Of a DNA stretch of 64,000 nt, positions 48,185-57,634 are shown piece by piece. The first letter of the stretch is position 1; the number at the start of each line of letters is the position of its first letter. The notes below the pieces were generated by a model. The model was not told the origin of the DNA. It made no database searches and saw nothing but the letters and a program-made list of their open reading frames with translations. The stretch is from an uncultured Streptococcus sp. Lineage in GTDB: Bacteria > Bacillota > Bacilli > Lactobacillales > Aerococcaceae. The position numbers and the translations under genes were made by a program. The stretch covers positions 5,902 through 69,901 of the forward strand of contig CAUVGI010000001.1 in assembly GCA_963551375.1 (NCBI GenBank). The letters run 5' to 3'.

Positions 48185-49963
48185 TTATTTAGCACCAGTA
48201 TCACTTGTTAATTCTACTTGATATAACGCAGATTTCTTGCTGCCTAAGTTTACATCGAAGTATTTCACACGTTTATTCACTGCTGTAAGTTCTTCTCCGA
48301 CTAATGTTGGGAAGATGAATGCTTTATCGTGAACATATTTTTGCCATTCTTTATAGAACTCAACGTTTTTAGCTGAATCAAATGATTCTGTTGAACTAAT
48401 TTTATTCATGATGGCAGTTCCTTCAGCATCTACATAACGTTCGAAGTTGAATTGTGCTGTTTCACCAAATAATCCTGATGGGTTTGGATCATAACCAGTA
48501 GACCAACCAGCTGCGAATACATCGATTTCTGGGTCGTCCGCTTGAACTTTATCATAGAATGAGTTCAATTCGATTGTACGTCCAGTATACAATTGAACAT
48601 TCAATCCGATTTCTTTCCACCAGTTCAAGTATTGTTGAACAAGTGATTCATTCGCTTCATCACGAGTACGTGCAGCGAAGTTGATTTGTAGTTTTGAACC
48701 GTCTTTATTTTCACGAATTCCGTCTCCATCAACGTCTTTATATCCCGCTTCATCAAGCAATTGTTTTGCTTTTTCTGGGTTATAAGTAAAGCCTTCTTGT
48801 TCTTTATTATAGATATCTTTAAAGAACGGAATGATGATTGAGTTTGAAGAATGTTGTAATCCGTTGTACAAGTTTTGACCTGCCGCATCGATATCGAGCG
48901 CGTATGCCATTGCTTGACGTAAGTTTACATCTGACATTTTCGCATTTGGATCTGTCACGTTTTTACCAGTTTCTTTATCGTATTTTCCTAAGTGGAAACC
49001 GATATATTCATAAGCAGATGCTTGTGAACCTAGGAATGTTACGTTTGTTAAATCTTTATACGCTTCGTATTGTGAGTTTGGCATTGTAGCAATATCGTAG
49101 TTCCCAGCTTTCATTTCTGAAACGATGTTGTCTGGAGATACAACTTCCATTACGACTTTATCGACTTTCGCTACTCCTCTGAAGTAGTGCTCGTTAGGAA
49201 CTAATGTCACAGATTCTCCTGCAACAATCGATTCAATCTTGAACTGACCTAAACCAACGAATTTTGTTCCACGAACATAATCACTTTTTTCCCACTCAGC
49301 TTCTGGAATATCTTTGAAGATGTGTTTTGGCATGATGTATGCACACACAGAACCACCTGCTAATTGCATTGAAGGGCTCATTTCTTTGAAGTGAATTTTC
49401 ACAGTGTAATCATCCACTTTTTCAAGACCAGAAACGCTATCCGCTTTTCCATCGTGATATTCTTCCATACCAACTACATTTTTATAATCATCATCGTAAC
49501 GAACACCTGTATAGTCTTTATTACCGATGGCTTGGTACGCGAAGATGTAGTCGTCGATGGTTACAGGTTGGCCGTCAGACCATTTATAGTCTTTTGAGTT
49601 TAATGTAACGGTTGCTGTTTTATTTTCAACGTCAAATTCAATACTTGCAAGACCTGTATTTGTTAACTTACGGTTTTCATCGTAATCAAACATACTTTCA
49701 TCAATTAGACCACCGATACTTGAGTCATTTGTATCCGAAGATAACTCATCCGCAAAAATTCCAGAGAAAGGTGAAGAAGATACGATTGCGTATTTTAATG
49801 TTCCACCCTTGATTGGAGTTCCGTCGTGAGTGACTTCAGAAGCGTATTTCGTTGTTCCACTAGTGCTACTTGTTGAAGATGATTGTTCTTTACTACCACA
49901 TGCTGCTAGCGTTAGCGCAACCGTTGCAGAAAACAGAATCATCACATTTCTCTTTTTCATCAT
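48185..49963 (-). CDS. oppA: Oligopeptide-binding lipoprotein OppA, paralog 1
   Basis: Lipobox LTLAAC|GS and SBP family 5 length. Start moved to ATG 49963. Confidence 0.9.
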   Translation of the reverse strand: MMKKRNVMILFSATVALTLAACGSKEQSSSTSSTSGTTKYASEVTHDGTPIKGGTLKYAIVSSSPFSGIFADELSSDTNDSSIGGLIDESMFDYDENRKLTNTGLASIEFDVENKTATVTLNSKDYKWSDGQPVTIDDYIFAYQAIGNKDYTGVRYDDDYKNVVGMEEYHDGKADSVSGLEKVDDYTVKIHFKEMSPSMQLAGGSVCAYIMPKHIFKDIPEAEWEKSDYVRGTKFVGLGQFKIESIVAGESVTLVPNEHYFRGVAKVDKVVMEVVSPDNIVSEMKAGNYDIATMPNSQYEAYKDLTNVTFLGSQASAYEYIGFHLGKYDKETGKNVTDPNAKMSDVNLRQAMAYALDIDAAGQNLYNGLQHSSNSIIIPFFKDIYNKEQEGFTYNPEKAKQLLDEAGYKDVDGDGIRENKDGSKLQINFAARTRDEANESLVQQYLNWWKEIGLNVQLYTGRTIELNSFYDKVQADDPEIDVFAAGWSTGYDPNPSGLFGETAQFNFERYVDAEGTAIMNKISSTESFDSAKNVEFYKEWQKYVHDKAFIFPTLVGEELTAVNKRVKYFDVNLGSKKSALYQVELTSDTGAK

Positions 49964-50120
49964 AATCAGTCTCCATTCTTTTATTTTAAGGCTTTTGAGT
50001 GTATCCATAAATTTATGTTGGACTTATCATACTCCAACTTTTTAATAATTGCAATAGTATTTCTAATCTTTTTTTAATTTTCATCAGTTTTTTCTCATTT
50101 TTGAAAACTTTTTTCATAAT

Positions 50121-50152
50121 GAAAACAAGCCTAGGAAAATTCCTAGACTTGT
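50121..50152 (-). terminator. Terminator of oppA paralog 2
   Basis: Stem ACAAGCCTAGGA/TCCTAGACTTGT (one mismatch) followed by a short U-run. Confidence 0.65.
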
Positions 50153-50161
50153 TTAATTGCA

Positions 50162-51949
50162 TTATTTAGCTGCTGTGTCAGAAGTTACTTCTAATTGATA
50201 CAATTGAGCTTTAGAATCTTTTGTTCCAATTGAAGTGTCATAGTATTTCACACGTTTGTTAACGGCTGTTACGCTGTCCCCTACTAATGTTGGGATTAAG
50301 AACGCTTGGTCTTTAGCGTATGCTTGCCATTCTTTGTAGAATTCTACGTTCTTAGCTTCATCAAATGCCTCTGTAGAAGCAATTTTCTTGATGATTTCAG
50401 TACCTTTTTCGTTTACATAACGAGAGAAGTTGAATTTAGCAGTTTCACCGAATAAGTTTGCTGGGTTTGGATCATAACCAACACCCCATCCAGCTGAGAA
50501 TACATCGATTTCTGGATCATCCGATTGAACTTTTTCGTAGAAGTTATTTGATTCGATTGTACGACCTGTGTAAAGTTGTACGTCTAATCCAATTTCTTTC
50601 CACCATAATAAGTATTGTTGAACTAATGATTCGTTGGCAGCGTCACGAGTACGTGCAGCAAAGTTGATTTGTAATTTAGAACCATCTTTATTTTCACGAA
50701 TTCCGTCGCCGTCTACGTCTTTATATCCAGCTTCGTCTAATAATTGTTTCGCTTTTTCTGGGTTATATGTGAAACCTTCTTGTTCTTTGTTATAAACGTC
50801 TTTGAAGAATGGTAAGATGATTGAGTTTGTACCATAGTTTAATCCGTTATATAAGTTTTCACCGGCTGCGTCGATATCTAATGCATACCCCATCGCTTGA
50901 CGTAAGTTTACATCAGCCATTTTCGCATTTGGATCTGTAACGTTTTTACCTTGAGCCTTGTCGTATTTACCTAAGTGGAACGCGATATATTCATAAGAAG
51001 GCGCGAATGAACTTACGTAAGTTACGTTTGTTAAATCTTTGAACGCTTCGTATTGAGCACTTGGCATTGTAGCGATATCGTAGTTACCAGCTTTCAATTC
51101 AGAAACGATTGCATCTGGTGATACAACTTGCATTACTACTTTATCTAATTTTGGACGACCTTTGTAGTAGTATTCGTTCGCTTTCAATGTTACAGATTCC
51201 CCTGCAACTACTGATTCGATTGTGAAGGCACCAAGACCAACTACTTTAGAACCACGAACGTATTCGCTTTGTTCCCATTCTTTTACAGGGATATCTTTAA
51301 AGATGTGTTTTGGCATTGTGTATGCTGGAATTGCACCACCTGCTAATTGCATTGATGGTAACATTTTTTCAAAGTGAAGTTTTACTGTGTAATCATCCAC
51401 TTTTTCAACACCAGAAATTTTATCTGATTTGCCTTCGTGGAAATCTTTCATCCCTACGATGTTTGTGTAACGGTCATTGTAACGAGAACCTGTGTAGTCT
51501 TTGTTACCGATCGCTTCGATAGCGAAGATATAGTCATCGATTGTGAATGGTTGTCCATCTGACCATTTGTAGTCTTTCGCATTTAAAGTAATTGTTGCTG
51601 TTTTTCCTTCAACGTCTAATTCGATAGATGCTAAACCAGTGTTTGTTAATTTACGGTTTTCATCGTATTCGAACATTGATTGGTCGACTTGACTCGCAAT
51701 TGTTGAGTCAACTGAGTTTGATGCTAATTCATCGATGAAGATTCCACTGAATGGTGAAGCCACTACAAGTGCGTATTTTAATGTTCCGCCTTTGATTGCT
51801 GTTCCTTCATGTGTCACTTCTGAATTGAATTTTGATTTTGAAGAAGCTTTTGATGCTTCAGATGAAGTGTTACTGTTGTTTGCTGAACCACATGCTGCTA
51901 ATGTTAGCGCTGCTGCAGCTGATAAGAATACTAAACTCTTCTTTTTCAT
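50162..51949 (-). CDS. oppA: Oligopeptide-binding lipoprotein OppA, paralog 2
   Basis: Lipobox LTLAAC|GS. Start at ATG 51949 behind GGAGGAAAAA. Very similar to paralog 1. Confidence 0.9.
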   Translation of the reverse strand: MKKKSLVFLSAAAALTLAACGSANNSNTSSEASKASSKSKFNSEVTHEGTAIKGGTLKYALVVASPFSGIFIDELASNSVDSTIASQVDQSMFEYDENRKLTNTGLASIELDVEGKTATITLNAKDYKWSDGQPFTIDDYIFAIEAIGNKDYTGSRYNDRYTNIVGMKDFHEGKSDKISGVEKVDDYTVKLHFEKMLPSMQLAGGAIPAYTMPKHIFKDIPVKEWEQSEYVRGSKVVGLGAFTIESVVAGESVTLKANEYYYKGRPKLDKVVMQVVSPDAIVSELKAGNYDIATMPSAQYEAFKDLTNVTYVSSFAPSYEYIAFHLGKYDKAQGKNVTDPNAKMADVNLRQAMGYALDIDAAGENLYNGLNYGTNSIILPFFKDVYNKEQEGFTYNPEKAKQLLDEAGYKDVDGDGIRENKDGSKLQINFAARTRDAANESLVQQYLLWWKEIGLDVQLYTGRTIESNNFYEKVQSDDPEIDVFSAGWGVGYDPNPANLFGETAKFNFSRYVNEKGTEIIKKIASTEAFDEAKNVEFYKEWQAYAKDQAFLIPTLVGDSVTAVNKRVKYYDTSIGTKDSKAQLYQLEVTSDTAAK

Positions 51950-52148
51950 TTTTCCTCCACTCTCAGACACCCGATTCAACTTTTCTTGTATGTTGAATTG
52001 TCTGACAAATTAATTCTTGGTGTTAATTCTAACATAATTTTAATTTTTTGCAAGCATAATCCTTAAAATTTTTTAATTCGTTTTAGGTTCTTACTTTAAA
52101 CTGACTTAAACAAGCGAATTTATAGAGTTTTTTCAACTGTTTTACACA

Positions 52149-52178
52149 ACAAAAAAGGCCTCGCAAATGCGAGACCTT
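52149..52178 (-). terminator. Terminator of oppA paralog 3
   Basis: Stem AGGCCTCGC/GCGAGACCT followed by a U-run on the minus strand. Confidence 0.75.
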
Positions 52179-52197
52179 GAAATTGAATTCAATTCAA

Positions 52198-53991
52198 TTA
52201 TTTAGCAGATACACCTGTTTCAGATAGTAATTCTACTTCTTCCCATCCAGTATCTTGACCTTGAGCAATATCCATATGTTTGATACGTTTGTTTACTGCT
52301 GTTAATGAGTAAGTGTTGAAACGTGGAATTTCGAATGGGTTTTCGAATACGAATTTTTGCCATTGTTTGAATAATTCAACACGTTTAGCTGGATCGAATG
52401 ATTCTGAAGAAGCAATTTGGCTAATTAATTTAGTGTGTTCATCGTTTACATAGTGACCGAAGTTGAAACGAGCTTTTGGTCCGTATAATCCATCTGGGTC
52501 AGGGTTGTAACCAATTGTGAATCCACCTAACCACATATCGAAGTCATCAGCGTATTTAGTTAATTTTTCAGCATATGAGTTAAATTCTAACGCACGGCCG
52601 TTTAATAATTCAACGCGTAGACCTACATTTTTCCACCATTCGATGTATTGTTGAACAACAGCATCGTCTGTTTGGCTACCTGCAGCTACTAATAATGTGA
52701 TTGTTAATTGTTTACCATCTTTATCTTCAACATAGCCATCACCGTCAGTATCTTTGTATCCAGCATCTGCTAAGATTTTCTTAGATTCTTCTGGGTTGTA
52801 TGTGAATCCTGGGATTTCTGATTTGTCTGCATAGATTTCACCAAAGAATGGAGATAATAATGTGTTAGCAGAAATACGTAATCCTTGGTAAGTTTCTTTA
52901 GCTACTTGATCGTTATCTAACGCATAAGCAATTGCTTTACGTAACGCAGGATCACTCATTTTCTTACCAGGTTCGAATACGTGTTCACCTGTTGCTTTGT
53001 CAAAGTGACCCATGTTGAAACCAACATAAGAAATGCTGTTTGTGATTGTACCTAATAAAGTAATGTTAGATAAATCTTTATAAGTATCGTATTGGTCTGC
53101 AGGCATTGAAGCCATGTCATATTTACCAGCTTTCATTTCTTGAACGATTGAGTCTGGTGATACAACGTCAGCTTTTAAGCCATCCACTTTAGGTTCACCT
53201 TTAAAGTAGTAAGGGTTTTTCTTGAATGTTACAGATTCACCAGGAACTACTTTTTCAACGATGAATGGTCCGTTACCTACAACATCTGTACGGCTTTTAT
53301 CTGATTTAACAGCATCTGCATAAGACATATCTTTGAAGACGTGTTTTGGTATCATTTGTCCGAAGATTGCGCCACCACCCATTTCTAATGCTGGGTAAAC
53401 TTCTTCTAAGTGAATTTTAACAGTTTGGTCATCCACTTTTTCTAAACCAGAGATTTTATCTGCTTTACCTTCGTGGAAGTCTTTCATACCAACGATGTTT
53501 TCAGCATTTTCATCGTAACGAACTCCTTCGTAATCTTTACGTCCAATGAATTCATAAGTGAAAATGTAGTCGTCGATTGTTAAAGGTTGGCCATCTGACC
53601 ATTTGTAGTCTTTAGAACGGAGTTTCAATGTTACAATTTTATTTTCTTTATCTAAATTGAACTCCATCATACCGCCATCTTTTTTAATACGTTGGTTTGC
53701 ATCGAATTCAAATAATTGTGCGAACGCTAAGTCAACTAAAGTACCGTCACCTGAGTCCACATATAATAATGGGTTAATTAACCCTTTGAATGGTGAAGCA
53801 GATACGATAGCGTAGTTAACTGTTCCACCTTTGATAGCAGTTCCTTCGTTTGTTACATCAGAAGCGAATTTGCGTTCTTCAGTTTTAGCATTTGATGAAG
53901 AATCACCACTTGCTTTGTTGTTGTTATTACATGCAGCTAAAGTTACTAATGAAGCAGCACCTAATAAACCAGCAATTGCTTTTTTGTTCAT
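52198..53991 (-). CDS. oppA: Oligopeptide-binding lipoprotein OppA, paralog 3 (more divergent)
   Basis: Lipobox VTLAAC|NN. SBP family 5. Confidence 0.88.
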   Translation of the reverse strand: MNKKAIAGLLGAASLVTLAACNNNNKASGDSSSNAKTEERKFASDVTNEGTAIKGGTVNYAIVSASPFKGLINPLLYVDSGDGTLVDLAFAQLFEFDANQRIKKDGGMMEFNLDKENKIVTLKLRSKDYKWSDGQPLTIDDYIFTYEFIGRKDYEGVRYDENAENIVGMKDFHEGKADKISGLEKVDDQTVKIHLEEVYPALEMGGGAIFGQMIPKHVFKDMSYADAVKSDKSRTDVVGNGPFIVEKVVPGESVTFKKNPYYFKGEPKVDGLKADVVSPDSIVQEMKAGKYDMASMPADQYDTYKDLSNITLLGTITNSISYVGFNMGHFDKATGEHVFEPGKKMSDPALRKAIAYALDNDQVAKETYQGLRISANTLLSPFFGEIYADKSEIPGFTYNPEESKKILADAGYKDTDGDGYVEDKDGKQLTITLLVAAGSQTDDAVVQQYIEWWKNVGLRVELLNGRALEFNSYAEKLTKYADDFDMWLGGFTIGYNPDPDGLYGPKARFNFGHYVNDEHTKLISQIASSESFDPAKRVELFKQWQKFVFENPFEIPRFNTYSLTAVNKRIKHMDIAQGQDTGWEEVELLSETGVSAK

Positions 53992-54234
53992 GTGTTTCCC
54001 TCCAAATTGGATTGATATTAGAATAACTTAAATAATACTCCCATTCCTTCATTACTGCAACCTTTATTTCTATTTCTCACCATTTTTTTATCGAACTCTC
54101 ATTTATTCTTAATCGATAAAATTGCGTCATTATCGCGTTTTCGACACATTACAACCCGTTTGTCCACGAATAAAGGACATTTCTTTCTTCTTTTTTCTCA
54201 ACATTCGCATCCTATCAACGTTTCTGGCAGAAGC

Positions 54235-54265
54235 ACAAAAAAACCGGAAGTTTCCACTTCCGGTT
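54235..54265 (-). terminator. Terminator of acpP
   Basis: Stem AACCGGAAGT/ACTTCCGGTT followed by U8 on the minus strand. Confidence 0.9.
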
Positions 54266-54275
54266 TTCCAATTTC

Positions 54276-54515
54276 TTATTGATGACTTGCAATGTAATTC
54301 ACTGCGTCTCCAATGGTTGAAATGTTTTCTGCATCTTCGTCAGAAATTTGAACACCAAATTCGTCTTCCAATTCCATAACTAATTCCACAACATCTAGTG
54401 AATCTGCACCTAAGTCTTGTTGGAATGTCATGCCTTCCGTTACTGTTGAAGCATCTACGCTAAAACGGTTTGCAATCAATTGAGCTACTTTATCAAAAAC
54501 TTCTTGATTTGACAT
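54276..54515 (-). CDS. acpP: Acyl carrier protein
   Basis: 79 aa with the phosphopantetheine attachment motif [17 protein letters not shown]. Confidence 0.94.
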   Translation of the reverse strand: MSNQEVFDKVAQLIANRFSVDASTVTEGMTFQQDLGADSLDVVELVMELEDEFGVQISDEDAENISTIGDAVNYIASHQ

Positions 54516-54625
54516 AACTTTCTCTCCCTTCTCATTAAGGTCTATATTAGGTACTGCACCATTTCGGGCAGATCCCGTCCCTCCGCTACGCTGTGCGGGC
54601 TATCCTCTTAGTGGATAGTACTGTT

Positions 54626-54654
54626 ATTTTACAGAATTCTTTCGAAAATGTCCA
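54626..54654 (-). promoter_or_regulatory. Candidate sigma-A promoter of acpP
   Basis: TGGACA, 17-nt spacer ending in TG, TAAAAT on the minus strand. It predicts a leader of about 105 nt. Confidence 0.55.
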
Positions 54655-54698
54655 TACCTTCAATGAAAAGTACGATTTTCTTAGCGTTTTCTTATTAA

Positions 54699-55592
54699 TT
54701 AACAAAGAACATAATGTCCCGGTTCAACCTCTTGTAAGGTCGCTTCTTCGCTAAACTCTTCTCCTTTATATACCAGACGTTTGCGATTCTTTTCTTCGCG
54801 TGGGTCTGGAAGAGGAATGGCTGAAAGCAGGCTCTTTGTATACGGGTGTTGCGGATTATTATACACGCATTCCGCTGAACCTAACTCCACGATACGACCA
54901 CGATACATCACGGCGATACGGTCGCTGATGTATTTCACCATAGATAAGTCATGGGCGATAAATAAATACGTTAGGCCAATTTCTTTTTGTAATCTCTTGA
55001 GTAAGTTCACAATTTGCGCTTGAATCGATACGTCTAGCGCTGAAATCGCCTCATCACAGACAATGAATTTTGGATTCACGGCTAAAGCACGCGCAATTCC
55101 AATCCGTTGACGTTGACCGCCTGAGAATTCATGCGGATAACGGTTGGCATGTTCTTTATTCAATCCAACTGTTTCAAGCAGTTCATCCACCATCGCATCA
55201 CGCTCTTCTGCCGTTTTTGCAAGGCCGTGAATATCAATTCCTTCTGCGATAATATCACGCACTTTCATACGACCATCAAGGGACGCATATGGATCTTGGA
55301 AAATCATTTGGGCTTCTTTACGAAACTCGAGCAATTCTTTTCCTTTTTTCAAGTTCGCGATATCTTTTCCTTCGAAGAGGATTTCTCCTTCAGTTGGTTT
55401 ATATAAACGAAGTAAGGCCCGTCCAGTCGTTGATTTTCCTGAACCAGATTCTCCAACGAGACCGAAAGTTTCTCCTTCGAAAATATCAAAGGAAATATCG
55501 TCGATGGCTTTCACCACATTTTTCTTCGAACCAAAATACTGTTTTAAGTGTTTTACTTCTACCAGTTTTTTTCTGTTTTCTGTATTAGTCAT
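54699..55592 (-). CDS. Peptide ABC transporter ATPase (OppF/DppF type), second system
   Basis: Motifs GESGSGKST, FSGGQRQR and FIVCDEAISALD. Start at ATG 55592 behind AAGGAGG, overlapping the upstream gene by 8 nt. Confidence 0.88.
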   Translation of the reverse strand: MTNTENRKKLVEVKHLKQYFGSKKNVVKAIDDISFDIFEGETFGLVGESGSGKSTTGRALLRLYKPTEGEILFEGKDIANLKKGKELLEFRKEAQMIFQDPYASLDGRMKVRDIIAEGIDIHGLAKTAEERDAMVDELLETVGLNKEHANRYPHEFSGGQRQRIGIARALAVNPKFIVCDEAISALDVSIQAQIVNLLKRLQKEIGLTYLFIAHDLSMVKYISDRIAVMYRGRIVELGSAECVYNNPQHPYTKSLLSAIPLPDPREEKNRKRLVYKGEEFSEEATLQEVEPGHYVLC

Positions 55593-56631
55593 GCGCCTGT
55601 CCTCCTTCTCCAAAGAAGATGTTGCGTCTTCTTACGATTTCTTCTGGAACAGGTACTTTCGGAGCACGTGGATCCAAGAGCCATGTCGCTGCAAAATGTG
55701 TTGGACTCACTTCAAACATCGGTGGTTCCTTCACACGGTCAATCTCGAGCGCCACATCACTACGAAGCGCAAAGGCATCTCCAACTGGTGGGTCAAGTAA
55801 GTCTGGCGGACTTCCAGGAATTGCATAGAGCGTATCTCCTGTATGCAACGTTGGCATTGAGCGAAGCAAGCCCCAAGTATAAGGATGTTGCGGATTGTAG
55901 AACACTTCGTCTACAGTCCCAACTTCAACGACCTTTCCGGCATACATTACGGCTACACGGTCTGCGACATTGGCCACCACACCGAGGTCATGCGTAATGA
56001 AGATAATTGCCATTTGGAATTGTTGTTGCAGTTCTTTTAAAAGCTCTAAAATTTGTGCTTGAATCGTTACGTCAAGCGCTGTTGTCGGTTCATCGGCAAT
56101 CAGCACATCTGGATTACATGCCAAGGCAATGGCGATGACAATCCGTTGACGTTGCCCACCAGAGAATTGGTGAGGATATTGTTTCATACGCTCTTTGGCA
56201 TTTGGAATACCTACAAGCTCTAGTAATTCTTCAGCACGTTTGTTAGCTTCTTCTTTTGAAGCTTTCTCGTGCTTGATAATCACTTCTGTAATTTGTTTTC
56301 CAATCTTCATCGTAGGGTCGAGTGACGTCATTGGGTCTTGGAAGACCATGGCGATTTCCTTCCCACGAATCGATTGCATATCGCGCTCGCTCTTTTCGAG
56401 GATGTTTTCACCTTTAAAAGTAATCGACCCTTCTTTAACGACCGCATTATTCGATAATAGTTTCATCACACTTTTGGCAGTCACACTTTTTCCTGAACCG
56501 GATTCACCGACAAGAGCGAGTGTTTCGCCTTTTTGTAACTTCAGATTTACTCCACGAATCGCTTGTACTTCTCCCGCAAAAGTCTCGAAGTGGATTCGTA
56601 AGTTTTCAATCGATAAAATAGTTTCGCTCAT
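55585..56631 (-). CDS. Peptide ABC transporter ATPase (OppD/DppD type), second system
   Basis: Motifs GESGSGKSV, FSGGQRQR and LIADEPTTALD. Confidence 0.88.
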   Translation of the reverse strand: MSETILSIENLRIHFETFAGEVQAIRGVNLKLQKGETLALVGESGSGKSVTAKSVMKLLSNNAVVKEGSITFKGENILEKSERDMQSIRGKEIAMVFQDPMTSLDPTMKIGKQITEVIIKHEKASKEEANKRAEELLELVGIPNAKERMKQYPHQFSGGQRQRIVIAIALACNPDVLIADEPTTALDVTIQAQILELLKELQQQFQMAIIFITHDLGVVANVADRVAVMYAGKVVEVGTVDEVFYNPQHPYTWGLLRSMPTLHTGDTLYAIPGSPPDLLDPPVGDAFALRSDVALEIDRVKEPPMFEVSPTHFAATWLLDPRAPKVPVPEEIVRRRNIFFGEGGQAHD

Positions 56632-56641
56632 TCGAATCCTC

Positions 56642-57634
56642 CTAGTCTTTCATTTTCGGGTCAAAGGCATCACGTAAACCGTCTGCCAATAAGTTAAAGC
56701 TAATCATTAGAACACAGAGCACTCCTGAAGGGAACCACATCAAGTGAGGGTACAGACGGAATGTTTTGTATCCACCGTTAATAAGGGCTCCAAGAGACGC
56801 ATCCGGGCTCGGAATCCCGATTCCAAGGAAGCTTAAGAAGGCTTCAAAGAAAATCGCTGATGGGATTGAGAACATTGTCTGAATGATGATTAAACCAGCC
56901 ATGTTTGGCAATAAGTGTTTAAAAGCAATCTTCCAGAAACTTTGCCCTAGCGCACGAGACGCTAAAATGTATTCTAAATTCTTTTGTTTCAAGGTTTGCG
57001 CACGAACGACACGCGCCATCGTTACCCAGCTTGTAAACCCAATCGCGATAATAATCGACACGAGACCTGGTTTTAATACGAGTAACATCAATACAAGGAT
57101 GATTAAGTTTGGAATCGCTGAGATGATTTCTAAGAAACGTTGCATCACGGTATCCACACGTCCGCCGAACCATCCAGAAATAATTCCGTATGTCACACCA
57201 ATCGTAATATCAAACAACGCTGCCACAAAGGCGATAATCAGCGATGTTTGCGTTCCGTAAAGCACACGTGAGAATAAGTCACGACCAAGGTTATCTGTTC
57301 CGAAGAAGAAGTTCACGCCTTCTGGAACCCCTTGTTGCGCATACACATCAACTCCGTTACGATAGCCATTGAAGAGGCCTGGAATACGCGCTGGTAAGTT
57401 GGCAAACTCCGTGTTTTGTTCTAGTGGATCAAATGGAGCAATGACTGGTGCTAAGACTGCTAACAGCACAATTACTAGAATAATAAAGAGCGATACTAAG
57501 GCTCCTTTATTTTTCGTCAACCGTCTCCATGAATCTTGTAAGAAGTTGAGAGAAGGTGCAGCGATTTTTTCACGGTCAGCACTATGCGTTAAATCCACAC
57601 GTTGGAATAACTCTTTTTCTGTTAATTCTGCCAT
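56642..57634 (-). CDS. Peptide ABC transporter permease (OppC/DppC type), second system
   Basis: 330 aa, six TM segments, with the EAA loop (ILASRALGQSFWKIAFKHLLPN). Confidence 0.88.
   Translation of the reverse strand: MAELTEKELFQRVDLTHSADREKIAAPSLNFLQDSWRRLTKNKGALVSLFIILVIVLLAVLAPVIAPFDPLEQNTEFANLPARIPGLFNGYRNGVDVYAQQGVPEGVNFFFGTDNLGRDLFSRVLYGTQTSLIIAFVAALFDITIGVTYGIISGWFGGRVDTVMQRFLEIISAIPNLIILVLMLLVLKPGLVSIIIAIGFTSWVTMARVVRAQTLKQKNLEYILASRALGQSFWKIAFKHLLPNMAGLIIIQTMFSIPSAIFFEAFLSFLGIGIPSPDASLGALINGGYKTFRLYPHLMWFPSGVLCVLMISFNLLADGLRDAFDPKMKD

Noticed and set aside
50095-50110. CodY-box-like TCATTTTTGAAAACTT upstream of oppA paralog 1.
   Set aside because: By my count it matches only about 10 of 15 positions of AATTTTCWGAAAATT, in very AT-rich DNA, so it is not distinguishable from background.
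54551-54620. acpP leader as a guanidine (ykkC / mini-ykkC), ZTP, c-di-GMP or glutamine riboswitch, because of GCGGAGGGACGGGA.
   Set aside because: The similarity is limited to a few nucleotides. The characteristic helices and conserved loops of those classes, as I remember them, are absent. I kept it only as an unclassified candidate.
55070-55997. Cluster of overlapping plus-strand ORFs (60-149 aa) across the second opp ATPase genes.
   Set aside because: All lie antisense to two ABC ATPase genes that have intact Walker and signature motifs, so they are not credible as separate genes.
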